Shown: positions 14,643 to 28,340 of the stretch, one piece after another | Layout: every line of letters begins with the position of its first letter | Numbering within the stretch: position 1 is the first letter of the stretch | From: Octopus sinensis | Taxonomy: Eukaryota | Reading direction: 5' to 3' | Assembly (NCBI RefSeq): GCF_006345805.1 | Contig: NC_042998.1 | Span: forward strand, 154,070,001-154,134,000 | Length of the DNA: 64,000 bases | The notes under the pieces: generated by a model | Told to the model about the DNA's origin: nothing | Database searches by the model: none | The model's input: only the letters and a program-made list of their open reading frames with translations | Program-made: the position numbers and the translations under genes

Positions 14643-15270
14643 GTGTATGTGTATGTATATGTATGTATATGTATGTATATGTATGCGCGTATATGTATGT
14701 ATATGTATATGTGTGGGTGTGTGTATGTGTATATATGTATGTATGTATGGGTGTATGTATATGTATGTATATATACGCATATATATATAATATATATATA
14801 TATATATAATATATATGTTTATATATATATGTATGTATTTGTATGTAGGTGTATATGTATGTGTGTATATATATTTATTCGTGTATATGTATAGACTAGT
14901 CTTCTAAGCGTGTAGACATGAATCTGTAGGTACGCGTATGTATGTGTATATATGTGAATGTATGTAGATGTATGTATGTATGAATATAACGCGTGCGTGC
15001 GTGTATGTGTATGAGTGTACGAATGAGTGAGTGTGCGTGCTAATGAGTGTGCGTGCGTGAGTGTGTGCTTGTGTTCCAGTAGAAAGATAAATGGACTTGC
15101 TGTCGTAGCCAAGATGCTTGTGACCCGCGGTCAAAGATAACAAAAGTAATAAATGAAGATAATAATAAAATTAAAATTAGGGAATGGGTTTGTATTTGTA
15201 TGTATATGTGTGTATGTGTAGGTATGTATAGGTACACATATGTATATATATATGTACATATATATATATA

Positions 15271-15645
15271 CTAGCAGTATCACCCGGCGTTGCTCAGGTT
15301 TGTAAGGGAAATAACTATAAAGCATTTTTAGAGAGTTATAGCAAAAAAATAGCAAAAAAATGGAAAAAAATGATGGTAAATTTTTTTTGAGAGTTAAAAA
15401 GGTGGAGTTGCGTCCCCTAGACAGTCTGTGGTTTGTGTTTCTGATTCTCGACCCCATGTCGAATTTATCGATTTTTTTTCAGAACTGGGGGAACTTTTCA
15501 AAATTTTCGCTGCGTTAGTTTTGAATTATGACATTGGGCTATGTGTGTGTCAAGTTTCATCAGAATCGGTTGAAAGCCGTGGTCAGGGTCAGGGTACAAC
15601 CTAACAGACACACAGAAACACGCACAGACAAACTGCCGTTTATAT

Positions 15646-15650
<5 letters not shown>
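15271..15650 (-). mobile_element. Non-autonomous Helitron, same 3' family as 8098-8609 with a different 5' half
   Basis: Shares about 70 bp at the CTAG end (ctagcagtatcacccggcgttgctcagg...aagcatttttagagagtta); the 5' end reads A|TCtctatataaacggcag on minus. Confidence 0.75.
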
Positions 15651-15689
<39 letters not shown>

Positions 15690-16200
15690 ATATATGGACT
15701 TGTGTGTGCATGTGTGTATGTAGATATGTGTGTATATGTGTGTATGTGTATGTGTGTGTATGTATATATTTTTTTGTGTGTATATGTATGTGTGGGCGTG
15801 TGTGTATATATACACGTGTGTGTATATATATATGCATATATATGTATATATATATATATGTGTATATAGATATATATATATATATATGTATACATATATG
15901 TGTGTGTGTGTATGTATGTGTGTATGTATATGTGTGTGTGTGTGTGTGTGTATATATATACATATGTGTATATGTATAAATGAGAATCTCCTTATTTACC
16001 TAAAACTCTATTCTTCTATATATTTTTCTATATATTTTTTTATTCTTTTATTTATTCTTTTATCTAATTTACCACTGACTCCTTGACCACTCCCCCAAGT
16101 ATGATATTTTTGCGCTATGCCTACCCCCAAAAAGTCCCCCACCACCACCCCTTTAAACCTGCCTAAATGTATAAATGCCAATACAATTCTTCTTAACTAG

Positions 16201-16250
16201 CTTCCTGATGATTTCTCTTGAATGAAACAGTTCTAGTCCTGTAGAAGCTC
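16201..16250 (+). ncRNA. Degenerate hammerhead-like motif in a probable PLE terminal fragment
   Basis: CTGATGA(16205-16211)-tttctcttgaat-GAAA(16224-16227)-cagttctag-TC. Stem I pairing (agcttc/gaagct) is offset by 5 nt. Confidence 0.4.
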
Positions 16251-16365
16251 CTTCTATATAATAAATATATATATATATATATAGATATATATATATATAA
16301 TATATATATATATATAATATATATATATATATATACATATATATAATATATATATATGTATACAT

Positions 16366-17466
16366 ACAGGGCACTGTTTTGGGACCACTACTGTTCATAA
16401 TGGCCCTCTCAGACATGCCCTCAGCCACGCGGAGAGCCACGATCACAAGTTATGCAGATGATACAAAAGTTTCACAGGCAATACAGAACCCTGAAGACAC
16501 TAGGCACCTGCAATATTAGCTGGACGAAATTTACAAGTGGGCTGAAAAGAATAGCATGCAGTTCAATGCTGAAAAGTTTCAAGCTTTATACTATCAGCAT
16601 GCAAAACTGAATGCAATACCCAAGGAATACACTGGACCCGGAGGGATTGCAATCCCAGAGGCACAATCAGTGCGTGACCTGGGTATTCACATGAGTGATG
16701 ACGCGACCTTTCATGTACATGTTGCTAAACTGACAGTGAAATGCAGACGCCTGGCTGGATGGATTCTTAGAACCTTTAGAACAAGAGAACAAGAAACCAT
16801 GATGGTCCTCTGGAAGACACTTGTCCTAAGTCACTTTGACTATTGCTCTCAGCTATGGTCACCATCCAGTGTCAAGTTGATCACAGAACTTGAGGCGATC
16901 CAACGAAGCTACACGAAGAAGATAGCCTCTATGCAGAATGTAAGCTACTGGGAAAGACTCGAGATTAAAATTATATTCCCTGGAGCGTAGGCGGGAAAGA
17001 TATGCCATAATATACATCTGGAAGATCCTGGAGGGAAGTGTCCTGAACTTTTGCATCGAGAGTTACGCAAACGCCAGAACTGGGCGCCACTGCGTGGTGC
17101 CTAGGACTCCAAACTTGCCATCAAGATGTAGGACAAGATTCTGTGATAGCCTGGGCTTCCGAGGCCCACAGCTCTTCAATATCCTCCCGATGAACCTGAG
17201 AGACCTGCATGGGGTGGATACAGATGTCTTTAAAATGGAACTGGATCTCTTCCTGTCAGGTGTCCCAGATGAATCAACTTCACGGCAGGAGGGGCAGATG
17301 AGGGCAGCTGCATCGAACTCTCTCATGCACCAAATAGCAGTTGCTAGAAAGCCTCCATGAAGTGAAACCAAGTAGCAACACCAAATGGCGGTGCCCCAGC
17401 ATGGCCACAGCTCATGAGCTGAAACTGGAATCAATCAATCAATCAATCAATCAATCATCAATCAAT
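16366..17466 (+). mobile_element. CR1/Jockey-group LINE, 5'-truncated 3' fragment, family B
   Basis: Starts at cagggcactgttttgggacc (QGTVLGP); ORFs 16556-16990 and 17094-17360 match ORF2 at 58226-61132; tail cagcatggccacagctcatgagctgaaactgg(aatc)n. Confidence 0.92.
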
Positions 17467-17469
17467 CAT

Positions 17470-17519
17470 TATATATGTTATATATATATATGTATATATA
17501 CATATATATGTTTATATAC

Positions 17520-17551
<32 letters not shown>

Positions 17552-17591
17552 GTATATATACATATATATGTATATATACATATATATAATA

Positions 17592-17638
<47 letters not shown>

Positions 17639-17657
17639 TATGTATATATACTATATA

Positions 17658-17703
<46 letters not shown>

Positions 17704-17785
17704 TATATATGTATATATACATATATATGTATATATACTATATATATATATATGTATAATACATATATATATATATGTATAATAC

Positions 17786-17816
<31 letters not shown>

Positions 17817-17866
17817 ATTATATATATATATTTATGTATATATACATATATATATACATATATATT

Positions 17867-17899
<33 letters not shown>

Positions 17900-17952
17900 A
17901 CATATATATTTATGTATATATACATACATATATATATATATACATATCTATT

Positions 17953-17997
<45 letters not shown>

Positions 17998-18020
17998 GTA
18001 TTTATACATATATATATATA
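17470..18020. repeat. (TA)n-rich microsatellite
   Basis: Direct reading. Confidence 0.97.
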
Positions 18021-18780
18021 GGTGAAAAATTGCTGCCCAAATTCCTTAAGACTAGTGTTAAATTCGGTAGAGGAAGTGTCATGGTTTGGGGAATGATATC
18101 CGGAGATGGTGTGGGCCCTTTGCTGCGATTACATGGAAAGTTAAATGCAGGAGTTTATAAACAACTTGTAAAAGATCATGTCTTGCCTGTGCTGAGAAAT
18201 TCAACTAAGCGACCACCCATATTCATGCAGGACAATGCCCCATGTCACAAGGCTAAGGTTGTCATGAACTTCCTCAAGGCTGAAAAGGTTATTTTTATGG
18301 ATTGGCCAGCTCAAAGACCAGATCTCAATCCTATTGAAAATGTGTGGAATATTCTAGGAGAACGTTTGAAACCCAGAAATCCTAAAACAACTGAGCATTT
18401 ATGGAATGCCCTTCAGGAAGAATGGAATAAGATGACCCAGCAAGAAATTGAAAATTTAATTTCCTCATGCAGTCGAAGATGTCAGAGTGTGATTGAATCT
18501 AAAGGGCTTCACACTAAATATTAAATAAATTCAGTATTCTTTGTCATTTTTATTATTTTCTTATTTTTTGAACCATTCTGATCATTTTGGCTGCCATGGG
18601 TTTTACAGTAAATCACTAAATCATCCATAACTTTTGTATTATACTCTAAAATTACACCAAAATCTCAGACAATAACAATTAATATTGTATTTATTGTCTG
18701 TGAAAATTATAGTTTGATAAAAACTTGTACCTACTTTTCTGACAAAAACACTGCCGTTCTGAACATTTTGGCCGCAACTG
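18021..18780 (+). mobile_element. Tc1-family DNA transposon, 3' half (DD34E transposase C-terminus and right TIR)
   Basis: [15 protein letters not shown]...QDNAPCH...[15 protein letters not shown]...HTKY stop at 18524, with 34 residues between the second D and E. The end reads ...gccgcaactg|TA, i.e. TA|CAGT on minus. Confidence 0.92.
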
Positions 18781-18782
18781 TA

Positions 18783-21700
18783 TATTTTTTTTTTCTTTCT
18801 TTAGTTTCAGCTCAGAGCTTCGGCCATGCTGATGCACCGCCGTTTTGTGCTACACTGTTATTATGAAGAACCTCGTCTAATATGTGCAACTTGGTGAAGA
18901 ATGTAGTTTGATATAGCTACTCTCATTTGCACCTCTTGCCATGAGGTATGTTCATCTCGGACTCTTGATGGGAAGATGTCCAGCTTTGATTTAAAAACCG
19001 CTACATCTACTTTGTGCAAGTTCTTCAGACTCTTTGGAAGAATATTAAAAAGCTGTGGGCCCTTGAAACCCAGGCTGTTGATGAAGCTGTTCCTGAAGTC
19101 TGATGGCATTGCTGGGATCTTTGGCACTATGCAGTGTCGTCCCGTTCTAGCATTGGTGTAGCTTTCAATGCCAAAATTTGGCACAATTCCTTCCAGGATC
19201 TTCCAGACATATATTACTGCATACATCTCCTGTCTTCTCTCCAGGGAGTAGAGTGTTAGCTGTTTCAACCTTTCCCAGTAGCTGAGCTGTTGCAAAGAGA
19301 GGATCTTTTTTGTGAATATTCTCTGGATTGCTTCAAGGTCTGCTGTTAATTTGACACTGGTGGGTGACCATAGCGGTGAGCAGTAATCCAGATGGCTGAG
19401 GACTAATGTCCGCCAAAGGACCATCATGGTTTCCTTATATCTGGTTCTGAATGTTCTTAGGATCCACCCAGCCAGTCGTCTGCACTTTGTCGCCATCCTG
19501 GTAATGTGCACTTGGAAAGAGGTATCATCACTCATGTCAATACCCAGGTCCCTCACAGACTTAGGCTCTGGGATTGAAATCCCCTGTGGACCGGTGTATC
19601 CTGTAAGTTTAATATTCAGTTTTGGATGCTGGTTTCGCAGGGCCTGGAATTTTTCAGCATTAAACTGCATATTATCCTCAGCCCATCTGTAGATTGAGTC
19701 CAACTCCTGCTGCAGATGTGCAACATCGCTGGGGTTCTGTATTTTGTGCGAGACTTTCGTATTGTCTGCGTAGCTGGCCAGAGTGGCTATCCGGGCATTT
19801 GAGGGCATATCTGAGAGGGCCACTATAAAAAGCAGTGGTCCCAACACTGTGCCCTGTGTAACACCACTCACTATTTGTGTGTTCATAGAGGTGGCTCCAT
19901 TAACCACTACTGCCTGACTCCTATCTTTCAAGAAGTCATGTAACCACACTCCAAGTTTTCCAGCTATGCTGAGATCATGCAGTTTGTGACATTTCATACC
20001 ATGATCCACCTTGTCAAAAGCTTTTGCAAAATCAAGGTAGGTTACATCCACATTTGATTTGTTGAGTAACTGCCTCAACACCCAGTCATAATGTTGTAAG
20101 AGCTGGGTCAGGCAGCTCCTACCTGGTCGAAAACCATGCTGGGTATCACTCAGCAAGTTATTTTCCTCAAGGAATGCGATTAGGTTCTTTCTGACTATCC
20201 ATTCCTTGACTTTGCTGATGTGTGAAGTCAGAGAGATAGGCCTATAGTTTTTGGCATCTCCTCTACTTCCCCATTTATGTATTGGGCATATTATTCCCTC
20301 CTTCAGCTTGCTTGGCAGTTTGCCATTTGTAAGAAAGCTCTGGAAGAGAATCTTGAGGGGTTTTTCCAGGGCATGCTTACACACTTTGAGGAGGATTGCT
20401 GGGAAACCATCAGGACCAGCAGTTGAGTTTGTGTCCACTTCATCTATGGCTAGTAGTATATCTTCTTCACTAATATCAATGTATTCCATTGTAACTGCCT
20501 CGCTGGTTACAGGTGAGGCAGCAAATGAGTCCACTGGTTCGTTCACTTGTCTGTGTTCCAACGGGGTGGTAAAGACACTTTTGAACTGGTCATTCAGCAT
20601 CTCAGTGATCTTAGTTGGACTGTCTGTGATGGAGCCATCCTTTTGGAGGTGGGGTCCTATCTTGTAGTGCATTGAGACTGTTTCTTTCGCGTAATGAAAG
20701 AAGGCCTTTGGGTTTGATTTAATGTTTTTTATAACCCAAGCTTCTTTATCTGCTTTGTCCTTCACATAGGATTGTTGCAGCCTTTTTTCGATCTCCATCA
20801 GTGTTGTTTTTAGGCGGGACATTTCGCTACTTTTGGGATGTTCGTTGAGACGATTTGCAACCTTCGTCCGTCGTCTCATGAGGATCTTCGTGTCTCTTGG
20901 AATCTTGCTCCTATTTTTTTTGGCCTTGTGCTCTGGGACATATTTCTGGCATACGGCTTTCACAGAAGACATGAAACATTCTAGTTTCATGTCAATGTCT
21001 GGTGTGGAGAGACATTCCAGCCAGGCCTCTCTGAGGATCTCTTTTTGGATCGATTTCCAATCTGCTTTGTGGAAGTTCAGATTGGAGAGATTTCGGGTGC
21101 TTCCTTTAGGCTGTATGTCTCTGGTTACTCTTGGCCCAAACATAGACAGCTCTATTATGTTGTTATCTGAAACTGATGTCGGTGTCACTTTCACATCATG
21201 AATGATGTCCATATTGTTTGTGAAGCAGAGATCCAGAATGTTATTCGCCCTAGTTGGCGTGAGTACAACTTGCTCCATGAATAAGGCATTGGTGAGGTTG
21301 AGCAGGGACTCCACCTGTACTTGCTTGCAATGATTCATTCCTGAGAGTATGTTACCTTCAGGCCATTTGACGTTGGGGAAGTTGAAATCACCCATAAGAA
21401 ATATGGTCATGTGGTGTTCCAGATTCACGAGGATTTCTTTAATTCTTGTGAGGCAATCTTCAAACTTGCCTCTGTGGTTTGGGGCATCCGGTGGGCAATA
21501 TGTATTGCATATGACTATATTATGTTGTCTTATGTATACTATTAAAGTGTAACATACCGAATTTGAGCATGTCATTAAGACCTGGTGTGTGAGGTCATCA
21601 CAGATGTATACAGCAACTCGACCATGGCTCCTTTCCCTTCTGTCTGTCCGCAGTATGGCATAGTTTGGTATGTGTACTTCTGCGTCCTCTATATCAGGGC

Positions 21701-22470
21701 TGAGGTGAGTTTCCACAAGTGCTATGCATAGGGCTTGATTGCATGCAGTAGGATTCCTCAGGAAAGAAATTTTGTTTCTATTTTGATGCAACAGGCTCCC
21801 AATATTTAGTAAAATATTGGGGTGACGGCTGTGCAGGCGTTAGGGGAGGCCATCCCGTGTCTGTTGACTGTGGTGGTCTTGCATAGTGGTGGGCAAGGTT
21901 CCTTCTCTGTGCTTGTTGTAGCCAGTTTAGCTGCCGGACAATTCTTTGCACCATGCATATAAGAGAGTCTTGCTCAGCTGCTGCGTTGCGCAGAACATCT
22001 GAGGAGCGCACTTCGTTTTTGAAAGTTTTACTGGGAGACATTTCTTGTGTTCCCTCAGTAAAGCTCTTCTCTTTGAGTCCCCTGAAGTTCTGGAGGGGTG
22101 TCGGGTGGGCTAATTGGCAGTTTTTGCCGTCCTCACCATGCCAACATTTGCCCCGCAGGTAGAATTTACAGGTTCTTCAGTGCCTTCCAGATTTCTTCTT
22201 TCCTGAAGTGTACTGGGTGGCATTGGATCCTCCATGGGGTTCTCCTCTGTTTGTGTGGTGGGTTGGGGTTTCAGCCTTGGTTGTTTTGCCTTTTCCTCCT
22301 TTTCCCTCCTTATTTTTGTTTTCGGTCCTTCCTTTGTTCTTCTGTTTTTCTAATTTTTCATTTCTTTGTAGGACCACTGGTACAGGGGGGCTGCCGGATT
22401 CTGCTCCCTTGGCTCCCCTATCCTTCACTACCTGGTCGTTCACCAGGGTAGGTGATCCATTTTCCTGAGG
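18783..22470 (-). mobile_element. CR1/Jockey-group LINE, family A, near full-length (broken ORF1, long ORF2)
   Basis: ORF1 remnants include a CCCH finger (CKFYLRGKCWHGEDGKNCQLAHP, about 22110-22185) homologous to the 57378 ORF1, followed by ORF2 and a 3' tail abutting the Tc1 TA dinucleotide. Confidence 0.93.
18861..21791 (-). CDS. LINE ORF2, APE endonuclease plus RT, stop-free 976 codons, catalytic motif YADN
   Basis: ALVETHL, GDFNFP, NILDLCF, SDNN; NYRPISLTS, QHGFRPGRSC, DFAKAFDKV, QGTVLGPLLF, SYADNTKV. Confidence 0.9.
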   Translation of the reverse strand: MHQNRNKISFLRNPTACNQALCIALVETHLSPDIEDAEVHIPNYAILRTDRRERSHGRVAVYICDDLTHQVLMTCSNSVCYTLIVYIRQHNIVICNTYCPPDAPNHRGKFEDCLTRIKEILVNLEHHMTIFLMGDFNFPNVKWPEGNILSGMNHCKQVQVESLLNLTNALFMEQVVLTPTRANNILDLCFTNNMDIIHDVKVTPTSVSDNNIIELSMFGPRVTRDIQPKGSTRNLSNLNFHKADWKSIQKEILREAWLECLSTPDIDMKLECFMSSVKAVCQKYVPEHKAKKNRSKIPRDTKILMRRRTKVANRLNEHPKSSEMSRLKTTLMEIEKRLQQSYVKDKADKEAWVIKNIKSNPKAFFHYAKETVSMHYKIGPHLQKDGSITDSPTKITEMLNDQFKSVFTTPLEHRQVNEPVDSFAASPVTSEAVTMEYIDISEEDILLAIDEVDTNSTAGPDGFPAILLKVCKHALEKPLKILFQSFLTNGKLPSKLKEGIICPIHKWGSRGDAKNYRPISLTSHISKVKEWIVRKNLIAFLEENNLLSDTQHGFRPGRSCLTQLLQHYDWVLRQLLNKSNVDVTYLDFAKAFDKVDHGMKCHKLHDLSIAGKLGVWLHDFLKDRSQAVVVNGATSMNTQIVSGVTQGTVLGPLLFIVALSDMPSNARIATLASYADNTKVSHKIQNPSDVAHLQQELDSIYRWAEDNMQFNAEKFQALRNQHPKLNIKLTGYTGPQGISIPEPKSVRDLGIDMSDDTSFQVHITRMATKCRRLAGWILRTFRTRYKETMMVLWRTLVLSHLDYCSPLWSPTSVKLTADLEAIQRIFTKKILSLQQLSYWERLKQLTLYSLERRQEMYAVIYVWKILEGIVPNFGIESYTNARTGRHCIVPKIPAMPSDFRNSFINSLGFKGPQLFNILPKSLKNLHKVDVAVFKSKLDIFPSRVRDEHTSWQEVQMRVAISNYILHQVAHIRRGSS

Positions 22471-22479
22471 AACCCCTGG

Positions 22480-22975
22480 ATCACAGAGACTTCTGGCTTC
22501 CTTCTCTTATAAAAGAGAATATAAATATAAGTAAATATAAATATAAGTATAGATTACATCTTACAGCTGTTTCGGCCATGTAGATAAGTATGTTTCATTT
22601 TACCAATATTAGCCCTTTATGGTTGGTCAATATATAGATATAAATGAGACATATAAATGATTTAGATGTATTTCTCCATTTTCTTATCTTGTATTAGTAA
22701 TTTGTGGTAAATCATTTTACCTTTGCCCATATAATACAGTAAATGAATTGATTGCATTGCAATCATTAACATTTATGTATTAACTTTGTTGGGTACTTCA
22801 CTAGCAGTATATTGGATATATGTTATCCCATGGAGGGTTGCATTTACAACCCCTATCTCAATTTGTATATATATATTTATATATGTAAACTTAGATAAAC
22901 TTAGATGTTTCGACCAAATATTGGTCCGGGCCATGTCTAACTTAATAGCACCACCTGATAGGATTATCTAAATCC
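22480..22975 (-). mobile_element. Probable PLE terminal-repeat fragment with hammerhead 3' half-cores
   Basis: Minus strand ggccGAAAcagctGTAagat (about 22557-22578, palindromic acagctgt) and ggtcGAAAcatcta (about 22880-22895); no matching CTGANGA found. Confidence 0.4.
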
Positions 22976-25900
22976 TTTTTCAGTCAAGTTTTGTTTATAG
23001 TTAATTCAAGTAGTGAGTCCTTGTTGAGTGAGTTGTATCCAGGTATGGGTAGCTGATCTAGTATTCCTTGAAGAAATCTGTCCAGACGCCGTTTAAAGGT
23101 GATGGGATCTTTGATCGCTTTTGGGACAATGTTAAACAGGGCAGGGCCTGTTGAGGACAAGAAATTATGTCATGGTGTACTTATATGCTGTGATCCTGAA
23201 TTGGACACAGAATGTATGGCCCGTGGTCCCAGCTTTAGATGAACCTTGAAACTAATGTTCAGGTTGTTTGGGCAATGCTGGCGGTATATTCTCCACATCG
23301 TACAAATGATATACCGTTCGCATCGACGCTAGAGAGAGAAGAGTTTCCTAGCTTTAAGGTGGTTCCAATAATCGAAATCAGTCATGCCTTCAATTCATTT
23401 AGTGAGTGCCCTCTAGGGTGATTCAATCCTCGAGATGTTTTGTCTTGTACGGGGAGACCACAAGGGGCAGCAGTATTCGAGGTTTGGTCGTACAAAGGAG
23501 GAGAAAAGTGGAATGATGACACCTTGTTCTCTGGAGCGGACGGTTCTTAAGATACAGGAGCTCATCCTATGAGCTATATCGACCTTATTGTTGATGTGAG
23601 CACTCCAACTAAGATTGTTATCTACAATTACACCCAGGTCTCTGATATTGTTAGATTCTGTGAACGCTTTCCCTGAAGGAAGAGAGTATGGCTGTTTTAG
23701 TATAGACTTTCTTCCAAAATGCTTCAGCTCATATTTTCCCTCATTCAGTTGCATTTTGTTTTTGTCTGCCCATTGACTCAGCATATAGGTCAGACTGGAG
23801 TTGAATTCGGTCTTCTTCATTCTTGATTTGCTGGAGCTTAGTGTCATCAGCAAATATTTTCACTTTGCAGTGATTTACAACGCTGGAAAGAAATTATAAA
23901 GCAGAGCGGGCCCAAGACAGTCCCCTGTGGGACACCACTGGTGACTTTTGCTGGGCTTAAGTGGATTCCATCGACTACAACATGTTGTGTTCTATTCACC
24001 AGGAAATACTTAATCCACTGTAGAAGTTTTCCATGGATTCCAACATTTGCCAATTTTGAGAGTAGGATATTATAGTCAACCCTGTTGAATGCTTTACTGA
24101 AGTCAAGATCATAGTTCGAAGCTGTTCCCAAGGCTTTAAGTATATCTTCAATGTGATGTAAGAGCTGTGTTAGACAGTCCCTGCCACAGCAAAAGCCATG
24201 CTGATTTGCATTTAGGAGTTTGTGGGTCTCCAGGAAGTCAGCTATCCTTAATCTTACCACTCTTTCAAACACTTTAATGATGTGGGAGGTGAGTGAGATT
24301 GGGTGATAGTTGACTGCGAGGGATCTGTTTCCCTGTTTGAAAACCCGGATGACAGACTGGGATAGGAGCTGTTTCGGTATATAGTCTAAAGAATTCCTCC
24401 AGAGGTTGGTCAGAGGGACTGCAAGTTGGTATCTACATTCCTTCAGAAGACTAGTGGAGAATCTCTCAGGGCCTACAGCAGAATAGTATTTGACCTCATT
24501 TATTGCTGCTATGATGTCAGAAGCAGTGAAAGTTATGTCCGAGATTTTATGTTGGGAATCAACTTCGTTCGCTTTTCTTAAGTCAATATCAGTGGGATCA
24601 CTAAAGACAAACCAGTATTGTTTCTGCAGTATTTCTTTAGCATCATGTTGGGGAATGCCGTTCTCATCAATCAATGACCCAATGGGTGAGACAGCAGTTC
24701 CATGCTTATTTGCATAATAATGGAAAACTTTTGGGTTCTCTTTGATGTTTTTGATTACCTAATATTCCTCCACAGCTCTTTGATTTTCAATGGAGGTTTT
24801 CATGTTGGTCTGCAGATGAAGTTTTTCCAACTCCAGCCTTTTCATTGTTGTTGAATGTTGATGTTGTATGTGGGAGTATTTTAATTGGTTGATTTTTTTA
24901 TTGAGTCTTTTGATGCACATGATGAGTGTTTTTTCTTTTTAGGGAGCCGGTTTCTGTTTGTCACTTGGTGAGAGGATACATAGTTCACATTTATGTTATT
25001 TGGTGTTATGGTTTTTCTATAGTTCTGTCTTCATTGTTTGATTGTAAGAGGTGAAATGTAGTTGTATTTAGTTTTTGTTGTTGTCGTAGGTCTCCTCTGT
25101 TGCTGTTTATATTTATTTTTCGATCACTTTGTGCCCTTCAGATGGTGGTGGTTGTATTCTCGGTTCAAGCACATCCTTAGTGACACATAAGTTTGGCACA
25201 GTTTAGGATGGAAGAAGGTACCTTTTGTGCATCCATATTTAGGATCGGGTCCATGGACTCTGTATTTAGGAATGTATTTGGAGTGGAGGTGTGGGCAGTT
25301 TTTTCCCATTATACCATATGGATAGGTGCCCTTAACAAATCTATGGCATAAGGCAGGATGGAAAAAAGCACAGCATCCCTTGTTGGTGCTGCTGGGGCCA
25401 AATCTACAGTTGCGTTGAGAATGGTAATGACAGGGCTTTTTATGTGGGCATAGTAGAGGTTTTTCTATTCTGGCAGGCTCATGGGTCAGTGGTCCTATTG
25501 TAGTAGCAGTTGCAGACTGTCGTTGTTGTTGTTGCTGTAGTGGCAGTGAAACTTGACTTGCAACACTAGCAACACTAGGGCTGAGTGGAATCATGTCAGA
25601 TAGTGGTGCCAAACAAAGTGCTTCCAATGTAGTAGCAGTAGCAGGCTGTTGTTGTTGTGGTAGTGAGTCCTGGCTTGCGACCATAGTGTTGGGTGGAATT
25701 AGGTCAGATAGGGATATTGAGGATGTTGTTTATTGCTGGCTGTTGAAGTGACTCCTGACCTGTTGGGGTTGTGTCAGTTGGTGCACTACATCCATTGACA
25801 AGCATGGCTTCTAGTGTTGCCATGTGCATGTGTAAAGTATGTAATGATCTTGAGATTTATTTTGTTTTCGATCTGTTTTACATATCTGTAAAAGGATTGT

Positions 25901-26060
25901 GACGCTAATTTTTCAGCGATTTTACCGTAGACATTAGCTTTTACACAATTGATATGGTGAGTGTAGCAAGCATTTATCAGTGCACTGATTTCATTTTCTA
26001 CCCAGTGGTATTTTAGAATATTATTGGCCATATTCAGTGGGATAGTATTATACACTGTAT
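22975..26060 (-). mobile_element. Third CR1/Jockey-group LINE family, decayed; ORF1 retained, APE domain deleted
   Basis: RT pieces 23847-24674 (YHPISLTSH, QHGFC, DFSKAFNRV, PQGTVLGP) and 23413-23853 (RPNLEYCCPLWSP). ORF1 pieces: Myb/SANT-like 25786-26055 and tandem CCCH fingers 25124-25684. Only about 150 bp separate the ORF1 end from the post-APE linker. Confidence 0.8.
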
Positions 26061-26184
26061 GTCAGTTATTGATAACTTGATGTATAATAGGAATGCACCG
26101 TTGAAAGTTTGTGTCAATATATTCGGAAATGCATAGCTATATCTGGGTGGGTGTGGGAGAGTTCAGTGTGTGTATATATATATA

Positions 26185-26228
<44 letters not shown>

Positions 26229-26267
26229 CAATCTTACTTAGAAATGGATGCGTGCATTCCATCATAT

Positions 26268-27115
26268 AATAAATTAATAAATAAAACATATGCATATATA
26301 CATACATATATGTACGCACCTACCTCTACATGTATATATACATGCATATATGGGTACAGGACACCAAAAAAAAAACGTCGAACACAATGAGAAACGAAAA
26401 CATAAACACAAAATCAAGGAACTGGACATTTTTCTTAAACAACGAAAAAATAGAGTACAGGACAAATAACACAAGGAAAATTCCCCTTCTTCAGTCGCCA
26501 TGGTTTCATCTACTCTGCGTTTCGAAGGTGAAGGCAATACGCATCTTCGATAGAAACTTTCCTTCCCACGAAAAGCAAATTAAATAAAATTTGAGATCTT
26601 TTTTGCTCCTCCTCCTCCCTCTCGTCGTTGACCCACGACGAGAGCTCTGCTACTGTCTTTCTGACCTGGCTTCCTTCAAGTGCAGACGGCATTTTCTGTT
26701 GCTCCTTCAATGTTCTCAAAAATAGCGTTCGTAATACTTTCTCTCATTCGGCTTAACAGCCCTTCTTGTCTTGTTATTCTCCTTGTCCTGTCTTTTACCT
26801 TTTATATTTTGTACTGTCATTACTGTCCTGTTTTTGTTACCATTTTTACTCCTCCGCAAAAAAATCTCAAATTTTATTTAATTTGCTTTTCACAGGAAGG
26901 AAAGTTTCTATCAAAGATGCGTATCGTGTACTCTATTTTTTCATTGTTTAAGAAAAATGTCCAGTTCCTTGGTTTTGTGTTTATGTTTTCGTTTCTCATT
27001 GTGTTCGACGTTTTTTTTTGGTGTCCTGTACCCATATATGCATGTATATATACACGTAGAGGTAGGTACACATATGTATATGTATGTATATATGCATATG
27101 TTTTATTTATTAATT

Positions 27116-27120
<5 letters not shown>
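26268..27120. repeat. Inverted repeat (about 345 bp vs 270 bp arms) of PLE-like terminal sequence
   Basis: 26268-26612 is the reverse complement of 26848-27120 except that 26460-26536 is replaced by 2 nt in the right arm. Confidence 0.88.
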
Positions 27121-27700
<580 letters not shown>

Positions 27701-27710
27701 TGTATATATA

Positions 27711-28110
27711 TACTCTTTACTCTTTTACTTGTTTCAGTCATGTGACTGTGGCCATGCTGAAGCACCGCCTTTAGTCTAGCAAATCGACCCCAGGACTTAT
27801 TCTTTGTAAGTCTAGTACTTATTCTATCGGTCTCTTTTGCCAAACCGCTAAGTTATGGGGACGTAACACACCAGCATCAGTTGTCAAGTGATGTTGGGGG
27901 GAGGACAAACACAGACACATACACACACACACATATATATACATATATACAACGGGCTTCTTTCAGTTTCCGTCTACCAAATCCACTGACAAGGCTTTGG
28001 TCGGCCCGAGGCTATAGTAGAAGACACTTGCCCAAGGTGCCATGCAGTGGGACTGAACCTGGAACCATGTGTTTCATTAGCAAGCTACTTGCCACACAGC
28101 CACTCCTACA
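27711..28110 (-). mobile_element. tRNA-derived CORE-like SINE
   Basis: Reverse complement of the 38112-38480 family: box A-like tggctgtgtgg, box B-like ggttcagtccc, accttgggcaagt core, LINE-like tail and (gtaaaaga)n. Confidence 0.85.
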
Positions 28111-28340
28111 CATATAAAGATAGATTAAATGCCATTTAGCATTTTGCCCAGTGTGCTAATGATTCTGCCAGCTCACTATTTTTCTCTTGTTAGCAATTAA
28201 CAAGGAAAAAGAAGATAAATGGTTACCAGGGTAGAAAAAATCACAGAAGTAAAAAGGTTGTATCTCCTGGTTTGTAAAGGTAGAAACTTCGGATTTACGT
28301 GAAATATTTTGTATAATATATATAAATAAATAAATAAATA

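Noticed and set aside
17775-18020. N-terminal 80 aa of the 249-aa Tc1 ORF
   Set aside because: Microsatellite read-through; real transposase similarity starts at about 18021.
19426-21552. Plus-strand ORFs over the LINE (and minus-strand ORFs over 58400-59530 and 5357-7362)
   Set aside because: Antisense shadows of TE coding sequence with no independent motifs.
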